A stretch of DNA of 64,000 nucleotides from an uncultured Nitrospiraceae bacterium (lineage in GTDB: Bacteria > Nitrospirota > Thermodesulfovibrionia > Thermodesulfovibrionales > Dissulfurispiraceae), in the NCBI GenBank assembly GCA_963727805.1, contig CAVSHF010000005.1, forward strand, positions 864,001 to 928,000. Direction: 5' to 3'. Numbering within the stretch: the first letter of the stretch is position 1; each line of letters begins with the position of its first letter. Of this stretch, positions 1-8,758 are shown piece after piece. A model generated the notes under the pieces. The model ran no database searches. It saw only the letters and a program-made list of their open reading frames with translations, and was not told the origin of the DNA. The position numbers were made by a program, and so were the translations under genes.

Positions 1-217
1 ACACCTAACAATCGTCTCCCTTGGACTCCAGGTCTGTTCGGAATTGCAACGTAGAACATGCACGTGGCCCTGTCAGCCAGTCATTCGAAATGAATTTGTT
101 TTCTGGGAATTTCCAGTTGTACTCAGCATAATAATCAGGATGCTCTCAGGTAGTGACTGCTGTGAGAACATGCAAGCCGAATATAGTGAAAATTAGATCA
201 AGTAAACTGTTTATAGC

Positions 218-276
218 TGCACGGAAGCAACATGCACGGAAGCAATATTGACTTGGACTAGACATTCTGATATTAT
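218..276 (+). promoter_or_regulatory. Sigma70-like promoter of tnsE-like gene with upstream 13-bp direct repeat
   Basis: TTGACT(248-253)-17 bp-TATTAT(271-276); TGCACGGAAGCAA at 218-230 and 233-245. Confidence 0.5.
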
Positions 277-336
277 CCTGAAAACTGGCTAATAATATAT
301 TAGACATATAAGAACCTGCTTGATAAAGAATTCCAG

Positions 337-2037
337 GTGCCCTCGAACAAAAGAGATATAGACGGCCTCATACTGCGGGGATTATCTGATCCCAGATTCA
401 AAGATCGGATATTCAGACTTTGCTGGATACAAGACATATTTACTAAGCCATCCCAAAACTCTTACAAGGTCCTCTTCCAGGATGTAAACTCGCCAATGTA
501 CTTACGGGAGAGTATTTTCCCGGAACACCTCTCTTATTACACCATAGGATCTTACTATCAGAATTCCAGGCTATACAACAACAGACCTGAAATAGGCGAC
601 ACTATCCCTATAGAAATAGAATCTACAGAAAGCAATCTTATAAAAAGAATCTCCGATGTGATTACGGATGATGAGTATGATCTCAGAACCTTTTTTACAC
701 CGTCATCTGGCAAGGAAAAAGATTATACGTCTGAGAATAAGAGGCAATACTGTGTTATATTCGAAACCGATAAACAAATCATTATTTTCCCTTGTGCTGT
801 AATAGGTGCCACCTATTATTTCACGTCCTCTTCCATAAGGAAACTGATATTTGTGGGGAACCTGGAAGGGCTCTACGAAAAACCTGTCAAGATTGATTAC
901 GAGATAAAAACGGCAATGATAGTCATGAAACCGGGATCGGCAAACGAGGACGCAAAGAATATCGTCCGGTTCGTGAAAGACCTCTACGCCGATGAACTGT
1001 GGAAAACTATCAGGATTAATCTTTTGCAGGAAAAGAGGTCGGTAGAGATATTCGGAGGAGAATCATCTTTCGTTCCTCTTAAGATCGATTTCCCAGTCAA
1101 ACAGAATATTCCCATGTGGGTCAGAGCATTAAAGTTTCCTGGAAACAACGGCACGAAAGAGAAGATTTTGGTCTTTGAGATATTGAGGGAGTATAGTCGC
1201 TATGATTTCGAATATCTCATACGCGTGAGGAGGGAACAGAGCAATGTAACCTCGGCCGAAAATGAGCTCATACCGACGGAAGCTAAAAAGACCAGCAGCA
1301 CGATAATTAATGAGCCGCCAATCTCTACCCTGAGCCCAGTCACTATCATATACAACGTTGATGATAAGAACCCCAATGCTGAAAAAATCAAGATTATCGA
1401 TCTGCACATAGCAGCTACTGATTCCACAATCCGTCCACTGCGCGAAATCTCCGACGAATTAGTGGATATAAGTCTCATTCAACCCGAATTGCACGGAGAG
1501 GAGTCCGTGAGACCAGGATCTATTGAGCAATCACATCAAGAACCGCAAAAGACGAAAAATAAATTAGCCTTTAGCCTCAAGGATTTTTGGTATATGACTG
1601 AGATACTCAAAAGCCACACAGATGTTGTAAATTTCCAAGTATATGAACCGCAGTTAATGCCAGCGAGGGATGAGGCAAGTCAAAAATTCTCTCTGAGGGA
1701 AGCGTACAACAAGGTATCCAGACAAAGGAGAGAATATCTGCATGTGACATTCAAATACCTCAACTTTAGTGTATGCCTCATAGAAATAGATCAGACTGCC
1801 TTGCCAAGCGGTTGTTCCACTTATGGATTGGTGATCAAGGGTGATTACAAGTTTACCCAGAGCAACATCGAAGATGTTCTGAATGCCTATGTAAGACGTG
1901 CGAAGATCGTGATGATTTCCGATAAAATGAAAAAACAGGGATTCATATTCTTATCTAAACATCATCCTGGAAAGACAGAAGACAGTTATTATGAAAGGTG
2001 GTGTGAGGAGCTTTTGAGAAAGATAAAGATTTTATGA
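337..2037 (+). CDS. tnsE: TnsE-like transposon target-selection protein
   Basis: 566 aa; colinear motif similarity to Tn7 TnsE (IFPCAVIGATYYF ~ IPQLELARSLFL; KILVFEIL ~ DYLVEEIV; CLIEIDQ..CST ~ LLEVDA..LST; C-terminal HP..W). Confidence 0.7.
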   Translation: MPSNKRDIDGLILRGLSDPRFKDRIFRLCWIQDIFTKPSQNSYKVLFQDVNSPMYLRESIFPEHLSYYTIGSYYQNSRLYNNRPEIGDTIPIEIESTESNLIKRISDVITDDEYDLRTFFTPSSGKEKDYTSENKRQYCVIFETDKQIIIFPCAVIGATYYFTSSSIRKLIFVGNLEGLYEKPVKIDYEIKTAMIVMKPGSANEDAKNIVRFVKDLYADELWKTIRINLLQEKRSVEIFGGESSFVPLKIDFPVKQNIPMWVRALKFPGNNGTKEKILVFEILREYSRYDFEYLIRVRREQSNVTSAENELIPTEAKKTSSTIINEPPISTLSPVTIIYNVDDKNPNAEKIKIIDLHIAATDSTIRPLREISDELVDISLIQPELHGEESVRPGSIEQSHQEPQKTKNKLAFSLKDFWYMTEILKSHTDVVNFQVYEPQLMPARDEASQKFSLREAYNKVSRQRREYLHVTFKYLNFSVCLIEIDQTALPSGCSTYGLVIKGDYKFTQSNIEDVLNAYVRRAKIVMISDKMKKQGFIFLSKHHPGKTEDSYYERWCEELLRKIKIL

Positions 2038-2157
2038 TGGAGTTTGCTTATTTCGGTCTATTTTTGCAAGCCATATGATTCAATCCTCAGTGTATATCAG
2101 CTTAACCTTTTCTGGATGAAATTCGCGTAGCATTGGTAGGATAACGGAAAATATAAA

Positions 2158-2186
2158 TTGACAGAGTAATAGTAGTCTGCTAAGCT
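2158..2186 (+). promoter_or_regulatory. Sigma70-like promoter
   Basis: TTGACA(2158-2163)-17 bp-TAAGCT(2181-2186) with extended TGn. Confidence 0.55.
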
Positions 2187-2195
2187 TTGTGATAG

Positions 2196-2250
2196 GAGGG
2201 GGGTCGACCGCCTTCAGTTTCTGATGGCGGTCGGTCATCCCTTTTTTATT
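2196..2250 (+). terminator. Intrinsic terminator-like hairpin with T-run
   Basis: CGACCGCC-t-TCAG/ttt/CTGA-t-GGCGGTCG stem followed by CCCTTTTTT. Confidence 0.7.
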
Positions 2251-2324
2251 GCTATTTACCAACGCCTCGAGTGTATTAATATCCGGAAGTGTGGATGTTG
2301 CAGTAATCATTCAGGAGGGAATAT

Positions 2325-3458
2325 ATGGCAATCAAGAGGGTATTTGTCAGTGATGTTCATATGAGTCCTGGTTGGAGTTTGCCCACCCCTCAGCGCTCAT
2401 ACGACTGGTTTAGCATCAGCCAAGCGCAAGAATTTGGGGCTTTCCTTGATAAAATGATTACTGATAAAACGATAGGCGAAGTGATACTTTTGGGTGACCT
2501 CATGGATGGATGGGTTTATCCAATCGAGACTAAGCCACCTATATATGCCGAGACAGCCAGCGCACTTCATATTGCCCCTATTATGAAGAAATTGAGGGAA
2601 CTTGCCAGGAATAAGCCGGTTATCTATGTTATAGGGAATCACGATATGACCCTAGCAGAGGCACAATTTGACAATTTCAGAACAACCGGGCTTGCGGGGA
2701 TTACATTTCAGGATATTTATGAAACGCCGGACGGACTTTTTGCTGCTCACGGGCATCAATATACCATGTATAACGCCGTTGATCCGAAACACGATTCAAA
2801 ACACAAACTTCCTCTAGGGCATTACATTTCCCGTCTTGCAGCCACTGTGGCCGAACGAAAAAACATCCGCTACAGCACTGCTGATATTGCAGCTATTGTC
2901 AGGGAAAGCTGTTCCGCTCAGTTAATAGCTTCGGGATTATTTGACCTGCTAGTGAATATACCGTTAAATCATTTAGCTAATGAATTGGGCAACATGGGAG
3001 ATAAAACTCAGATTAAAACGGTTGACGGCAAAAAAACTACTTTAGCTGCAATCAAACAACAATACTCGCGATTAGCCCACGATTGGGGAGAAGAACATGG
3101 ACTCCTCGCCCCTTTACAGTCAATCGAATGGGAAACTGAAGCAGTAGGGCTCTGCGGAGTAGCCGATCAAATAGCTAGAGGCACTCTGACTTCTTTTAAC
3201 ATCACCGTGGGTAAAAGGTACAAAGTGGTAATCTTCGGACATACTCATAAAGCAGACATTGAATATTTGCAAACACCTGATTTGCCAACTTCGCCGGAAC
3301 CAATTGATCGTTACGGTATTTATGCAAATTGTGGGGCGTGGTGCCTCAAAAAAGACGAACCTACTTACGTGATAGACGAATATGATCAAACCACCGGCGA
3401 GCACAAAATTACGTTAACCTATAGAGATCCGGCTAACAATATTCAACTTACAATTTAA
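2325..3458 (+). CDS. Calcineurin-like metallophosphoesterase
   Basis: All five motifs: SDVH, GDLMD, GNHD, HGH, GHTH; RBS GGAGG. Confidence 0.85.
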   Translation: MAIKRVFVSDVHMSPGWSLPTPQRSYDWFSISQAQEFGAFLDKMITDKTIGEVILLGDLMDGWVYPIETKPPIYAETASALHIAPIMKKLRELARNKPVIYVIGNHDMTLAEAQFDNFRTTGLAGITFQDIYETPDGLFAAHGHQYTMYNAVDPKHDSKHKLPLGHYISRLAATVAERKNIRYSTADIAAIVRESCSAQLIASGLFDLLVNIPLNHLANELGNMGDKTQIKTVDGKKTTLAAIKQQYSRLAHDWGEEHGLLAPLQSIEWETEAVGLCGVADQIARGTLTSFNITVGKRYKVVIFGHTHKADIEYLQTPDLPTSPEPIDRYGIYANCGAWCLKKDEPTYVIDEYDQTTGEHKITLTYRDPANNIQLTI

Positions 3459-3472
3459 ATACATGGAGACAA

Positions 3473-4348
3473 ATGACGCTCATAGAGGAACAGTTAACCG
3501 ATAAGGAGAAACTCATGGACACATTTGAGCTTTGGTCTTACGATGTCAGTGGTGATTTGGGACAATATGCAGAGCACACTTATATTAAGTGTCCTGATAA
3601 GGGAACGTATTTTGACTGTTGGGGTAACCATCAATCTCCAACTGAAGGAGCGGGTGTCCACCGTTTTTCCTGTGAAGGGATATATGAGGTGGCTGACTGT
3701 TACAGAAAGAATATTGGGGAAATTAAAGATACAGCGGGCATTGGTGTTTATGGCGTAAACGGAGTCTGCCATCAGACCGCAAACCTGTTTCTTTATTCGA
3801 CGGGACGGGCCATAACCATTGCTGACGGGGTAAAGGGCTATTGGCTTAGCAGCCTTGCTTACGGAACATATGGTGATCTGAATCCCTTTGATACGCCCAT
3901 CAAACCACTTTTTGTGGAAGCCTGGAAACTTACTGTATACAACCCTTGCTATCAAACATACGCCGATGGGAAAGGCAAAGGTAATGAGCTTTTCCAAAGT
4001 CTCGCGAAATTACACAAAACAATTGTGCAGGACAGGATCAAGATATCGCATCCTGAACTGATCCACCATGAAGCATCCATCCTTGCAAAACAGGTATTGC
4101 CTGAACTGAACACCGACCTTTTTGAAGATATTCATATCGATTTTCTGAGAGAAAAGCGTGCCATTATAACAACCAGGTTGAAGGGAGTTGATTTAGGCAA
4201 CAAGATTAACGAAGGCGCAGCTCAGTTTCAGATATCCCTGGCTCAAAGAATAGGAGCTGAGGCGTATAAAAAACTGACAGGATTGAATGCGGGGGAAACA
4301 CTGCGGATCATAGACCCAGCAATTGCAGCAAAAGCGGCTAAACAATGA
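3473..4348 (+). CDS. Hypothetical protein, possible permuted papain-like peptidase
   Basis: 291 aa, RBS GGAG; His motif (EHTYI) precedes Cys motif (GVCHQTAN) as in permuted NlpC/P60/PPPDE folds (inference). Confidence 0.55.
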   Translation: MTLIEEQLTDKEKLMDTFELWSYDVSGDLGQYAEHTYIKCPDKGTYFDCWGNHQSPTEGAGVHRFSCEGIYEVADCYRKNIGEIKDTAGIGVYGVNGVCHQTANLFLYSTGRAITIADGVKGYWLSSLAYGTYGDLNPFDTPIKPLFVEAWKLTVYNPCYQTYADGKGKGNELFQSLAKLHKTIVQDRIKISHPELIHHEASILAKQVLPELNTDLFEDIHIDFLREKRAIITTRLKGVDLGNKINEGAAQFQISLAQRIGAEAYKKLTGLNAGETLRIIDPAIAAKAAKQ

Positions 4349-4500
4349 CAATGGACATAGCCAATTATCCATATGTTTGAATCCTTACAATTATCTGACC
4401 ATTTATAGGTGGTAGTGATGAAAATAAGGCTCGTTAGAATTCTGAATATCTTTGGACGCCCAGACAAAAATCTCAAGGATGAATTGAAGGGAGGAGTGAG

Positions 4501-5535
4501 ATGGACATAGAATTCCATTATTACATGACTCACCTGATTGCATTAAGGGCTGGCTTCAAAAAAGAAGATGCTCTGAAAATAGCCTATGCAAGCCAATATA
4601 CGGATGATAATGATGAATCGCGTAAGATCATGGGAGGGGATACGCCATACTACAATTCAATAAGCCAAACGTCGGATATTCAAAAGCCACAGGAAGAACG
4701 ACTGAGCATATACCCGATATTTCACTTCTGTCCTGGCACAAAAGATGAGATGTTCAAATATTCGCCATTGCGCAAGGATGGCGGTTTTAATCTACTTACA
4801 ACTATTCGGGATAATAGTAATGCGCGGAAGATTTTCGATGATGCTCTCAAGGCTGGCGACGTATATCGCATCGGCATCGGGACACACATGTATGCGGATA
4901 CGTTTTGCCATAGGGACTTTTCAGGGTGGAAGGATGCATTTAACTGGATCAAGCTGAAAGGATTTGCCGGAGGAGTATGGAATGCTGTGGGACCAGCAAT
5001 CGGGCATGCACTTGCGATGCATAATCCGGATATACCATCTCTTGTATGGGAAGACACGCGGCTGACTTCAAAGTACAGCCTTAAAAAAAATAAAGAACAG
5101 ATCCTCATGGCAGCAGGAAACATCTTCGATATTTATTGCGGGCTGACTAAACCGGGAAAAAAGAAATCTGCCAGCAGAGATAAGCTTCTCGGCGATCTTA
5201 GTGACGCCATAGGGAACGAGGCCGAGACCGATTCGACCAAAGATGTTCGTGTTAAAAATTACAGAATTCTTCTCGATCTCGATTATAGGGAATACGATGA
5301 ACAGCAATGGTTTGATAGTGCAGTTGATGAAGTAGTAGATCCTAAAACAGTGGGCACCTCTAATCTTAGAATGCTTATTTGGAAACAAGATTATATGAAA
5401 AGTGACTGGTACTTGTTTCAGGAGGCGGTAAAAGAGCATCATGAAGCGGCGATGTATGTTCTTAAGGATACGTTTGATTTGATGGAAATAGATGAAAAAA
5501 TGCTGGTGGGCAAGTCTACTGGTGATACGGAGTAA
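4501..5535 (+). CDS. DUF6765-like protein (Zn-dependent phospholipase C/P1 nuclease-like)
   Basis: N-terminal MDIEFHYY..A..AGF..AYASQYTDD, FHF, HMYADTFCH metal-ligand motifs. Confidence 0.7.
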   Translation: MDIEFHYYMTHLIALRAGFKKEDALKIAYASQYTDDNDESRKIMGGDTPYYNSISQTSDIQKPQEERLSIYPIFHFCPGTKDEMFKYSPLRKDGGFNLLTTIRDNSNARKIFDDALKAGDVYRIGIGTHMYADTFCHRDFSGWKDAFNWIKLKGFAGGVWNAVGPAIGHALAMHNPDIPSLVWEDTRLTSKYSLKKNKEQILMAAGNIFDIYCGLTKPGKKKSASRDKLLGDLSDAIGNEAETDSTKDVRVKNYRILLDLDYREYDEQQWFDSAVDEVVDPKTVGTSNLRMLIWKQDYMKSDWYLFQEAVKEHHEAAMYVLKDTFDLMEIDEKMLVGKSTGDTE

Positions 5536-5588
5536 TTGTATTCCTATTGTCTCTTTTAGGAATTCACAGTAACAGGAGAAAGGAAATT

Positions 5589-7049
5589 ATGCCTCTTGCG
5601 ATTCGTCCATCTCATTTTTATAGCCTTTTAAGTCCATCCGAATGTGCATTGCGGCTATATCTAAATCATCAGGGGATCGAGCCTGAAACGCCAGGAGCAT
5701 TTGAGCAGGTGCTTTTTCGACTGGGACAGAGACATGAGAAGAATCATCTGGCTACCTTTTGTGCTTTTTCAGATCTGACAGGCAAATCAGCAGAAGCAAC
5801 TGTGGAGGAATTAAATAGAAGAGCACCAGTTATATATCAAGGTACCCTCCGAGCCACAGTGCAAATAGATGATAATCTGATCGAGATCGTTGGCATTCCG
5901 GATTTCATGATCTGGGACGAGACGGGCTATGTAATTCGCGATTGCAAAATATCACGGCACATAGATGAAGCACGCCATCCTGAAATACCTCGGCAAATGC
6001 AAACATACGGATGGCTTTTCGAAAAGATAACCGGCAACAGACCTTTAAGGCTTGAGGTGTTAAAAGGCGATGGCATCATAGAAACCTTAGACTATGCCGG
6101 AGAAAGTGTGCCTTTATCGTATCTGCAATCTTTGGCGGAGATCATTTCCCTGAATGAGGAGCCGTATTCACCGGTCGGATGGAGTAAATGCGGTAGCTGT
6201 GGATATAACGAACTATGTTGGACACGCGCTTCTGATCAAAGGGATGTCGCTTTGGTATACGAGCTTGATCAAAACCTCGCCAAGCGTTTGCGCGAACTAG
6301 GTGTTTTGACAATAGAGCAACTCGTTGGTCGATATAATGAGCCAACACTGTCAGAACTCAAGAGGCCTTGGGGGGCCCGAGAACAAAAGGTTGGGAAAAA
6401 AGCAGAAAGGATACTTTTACAGTCAAGAGCAATGATCGCTAAGAAAGAAATTATCCTTAAAAAGCCTGCGATCCCGATATCAAAGAATTATGCCATGTTC
6501 GATCTTGAGGGGCTCCCTCCGCAATTGGATGAACTCGACAAGATTTACCTGTGGGGCGTTCAGGTATTCGGTGAAATGCCGAGTCCCTTCCTTCATTCTC
6601 TTGCAAATATTGGATCGGAAGGCGACAGGCAGGGATGGGAGGATTTCCTGATGATCGCTAAATCGATTTTCTCAACTTATGGAGTTATTCCCTTTGTACA
6701 CTGGGCGCCATATGAGAAAACCAAAATAAAGATTTATATGGAACGATACGGCGATATCGAGGGGCTAGCTGAGAAGGTCCTCTCCAACCTGGTCGATCTA
6801 TTGCCAATTACACGCGAGGCAGTCGTAATCCCCGAACCGAGCTATAGTCTGAAAGTTGTCGAGAAGTACGTCGGATTCAAGCGGACACAAGATGAGTACG
6901 GTGGCGATTGGTCAATCGCCAAATATATTGAAGCGGTGGAAACGGATGATGAAAATAAGAGAAAATCGCTTATCAATGAGATCTTAAAATATAACGAAGA
7001 AGATCTTCAGGCTACTTGGGCAGTGTTTGATTGGTTGAAAACTCTTTAA
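5589..7049 (+). CDS. TM0106-family RecB-like nuclease with C-terminal RNase H-like domain
   Basis: GIPDF..IRDCK nuclease motif, CxxC...C cluster, FDLE and YSLK..YNEED RNase_H_2-type motifs. Confidence 0.85.
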   Translation: MPLAIRPSHFYSLLSPSECALRLYLNHQGIEPETPGAFEQVLFRLGQRHEKNHLATFCAFSDLTGKSAEATVEELNRRAPVIYQGTLRATVQIDDNLIEIVGIPDFMIWDETGYVIRDCKISRHIDEARHPEIPRQMQTYGWLFEKITGNRPLRLEVLKGDGIIETLDYAGESVPLSYLQSLAEIISLNEEPYSPVGWSKCGSCGYNELCWTRASDQRDVALVYELDQNLAKRLRELGVLTIEQLVGRYNEPTLSELKRPWGAREQKVGKKAERILLQSRAMIAKKEIILKKPAIPISKNYAMFDLEGLPPQLDELDKIYLWGVQVFGEMPSPFLHSLANIGSEGDRQGWEDFLMIAKSIFSTYGVIPFVHWAPYEKTKIKIYMERYGDIEGLAEKVLSNLVDLLPITREAVVIPEPSYSLKVVEKYVGFKRTQDEYGGDWSIAKYIEAVETDDENKRKSLINEILKYNEEDLQATWAVFDWLKTL

Positions 7050-7123
7050 GTAATTTACATGCTCAATTGCTGAAAAGCTCGCATTTATAAAACAGGTGTA
7101 CAATTACCCAATAAGGTAAATGC

Positions 7124-7351
7124 TCATCTCAGTTTTGAAGCATACATTTTTTTAACTACCCTGCTTATGAAGCTATTCAATCCTCTTCCCTCAATAGCTA
7201 ACCGTTTCATTTGCTCAATATTGTTGTTGCCAGCACTGTGGTAGTTGTACAGATAAAGAGACCCATCTTTAAATTGAACTTTTATAAAGTCGACTCCAAT
7301 TTCATAAGCAATAACTCCCGAATCGCCTCCAAGATTCTTGTAACTGTCCAT
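7124..7351 (-). CDS. Small KTSC-like protein
   Basis: SGVIAYEIG..IKVQFKDGSLYLY..GRGLNSFI pattern; RBS GGAG. Confidence 0.6.
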   Translation of the reverse strand: MDSYKNLGGDSGVIAYEIGVDFIKVQFKDGSLYLYNYHSAGNNNIEQMKRLAIEGRGLNSFISRVVKKMYASKLR

Positions 7352-7695
7352 AATTATCTCCATTCTGGTTTGATGTTTAAGAATCTAAATATCACTATTA
7401 TGTAGCATGCTTATTGTTTCGAGACTAGCATATTGATTAAATAATTACAACTGTTAGTCAAACAACTAGTCAAAAGGGCGATGCAATATTAATCAAACTC
7501 ATACCGCCACAGGGATAGTAAGTGTCGCGGAAGAACAACGACTTAAACTCAGATGTCTCATTCAGCTTTAAGACAACCTCAGAAGGTGGCGAGCTGCGGC
7601 CATCATATATTGAACGGTCGGCTTCCATCGAAATTACTGGTCCGCATCATCTTTATAAGAACGCGCTGATACTAATAATCCCCTCCAGCCCTAAT

Positions 7696-7721
7696 TTATA
7701 ATGTCATATATGACATTATAA
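7696..7721. promoter_or_regulatory. Perfect 26-bp palindrome, candidate operator
   Basis: TTATAATGTCATA|TATGACATTATAA, about 65 bp upstream of HTH gene; degenerate ATATATGA copy follows. Confidence 0.65.
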
Positions 7722-7787
7722 TAATATATATGATATAATTAATTATAATATGGAATATAAATGTTATATTCGACAAAAGGCTTAAAG

Positions 7788-8030
7788 ATGGCAAAGATCG
7801 AGTGGACCGAAATCACCAAGGGACTCATTAAATCACAGTTGGCGCTGAGAAATATTTCTTACCTAGAGTTGTCAAGGAAACTGGACAAGATCGGTGTAAC
7901 GGAAACGCCACAGAGCATAAACAGCAAACTTAATAGGGGTAGTTTTCCCGCAACATTCTTTATTCAATGCTTGAGAGCTATCGGATGTAAGTTAACGATC
8001 AAATGTAAAGGGGATGATCTCTATGAATAG
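7788..8030 (+). CDS. DUF6471-like Cro/HTH regulator
   Basis: W...K.LIKSQL..R.ISY.EL..KL..IGV.ET..SI..K.NRG.F.A.FF.QCL.AIG pattern. Confidence 0.8.
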   Translation: MAKIEWTEITKGLIKSQLALRNISYLELSRKLDKIGVTETPQSINSKLNRGSFPATFFIQCLRAIGCKLTIKCKGDDLYE

Positions 8031-8126
8031 AACCGCGAATTTTAACAAATAGAAGAGTTGGAAGCTCAATAAAGGTATGTTCACATGGCTTTAGATAGGG
8101 AAAGTCATCAAAAAGGAGACTATATC

Positions 8127-8738
8127 ATGAAAAAAAGTATGATCGAGCTGACTACAGTACCTTCAAGTAAGAAGAACATCGAAGAATCAGTGTGCGAAAC
8201 ATCTGAGATTCGCTTTTATCGGGCAAATGAGAAACTCTATGGTGCCTTTAGCAATCTCTATCGCAGGAATATTCTTTTTGAGGGGCGGGTGTATCCTTCA
8301 GCTGAGCACGCTTACCAAGCAGGGAAAGCTAGAAAGGAAGCTGTAAGAGAATGGATATTGAGTGCGCCTTCTCCCGCCCTAGTGGCAATGGCGGCTCATG
8401 GACTTTACACTTGGGATATTGTGCCCAATTGGGCTGCTATTAAATTTGAACGTATGCAACAGGTACTGCATGCCAAATTTACTCAACACGATGACCTCTG
8501 TGAATTGCTGCTTTCTACTGGCGATGCGCGACTTGTTGAAGCGGGTACGGTCGATAGTCCTATTAACCGGCTATGGGGCGAAGTAAACGGTAAGGGTCAG
8601 AACATGTTGGGTGTCCTATTAATGAAATTGAGAGTAGCACTACAGAGCGAACTCGCTTTCCAAAAGGACATAACAAAGTGTAGAATTAACAATCTCAGAG
8701 TAATTGGAAGACAGGACACTATTTGTGTAGGGGAATAA
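8127..8738 (+). CDS. NADAR (YbiA-like) N-glycosidase / ADP-ribosylhydrolase
   Basis: FY..YGAFSN, SAEHAYQA.K, KFTQH..L..LL.TG, WG..GQNMLG..LM motifs; RBS AAGGAG. Confidence 0.9.
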   Translation: MKKSMIELTTVPSSKKNIEESVCETSEIRFYRANEKLYGAFSNLYRRNILFEGRVYPSAEHAYQAGKARKEAVREWILSAPSPALVAMAAHGLYTWDIVPNWAAIKFERMQQVLHAKFTQHDDLCELLLSTGDARLVEAGTVDSPINRLWGEVNGKGQNMLGVLLMKLRVALQSELAFQKDITKCRINNLRVIGRQDTICVGE

Positions 8739-8758
8739 CATTCTAATTTTTTCTCTAA

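Noticed and set aside
1..336. Second transposon end in the first 336 bp
   Set aside because: No ATAG(C/A)TTAAC repeats, and none of the ACATG occurrences is followed by TGT.
7447..7475. Short imperfect tandem repeat ACAACT(GT)TAGTCAA
   Set aside because: Only two short copies, with no supporting context.
8127..8738. DarT-NADAR toxin-antitoxin pair
   Set aside because: No DarT-like ADP-ribosyltransferase is adjacent; NADAR is coupled to the SIS-HAD gene instead.
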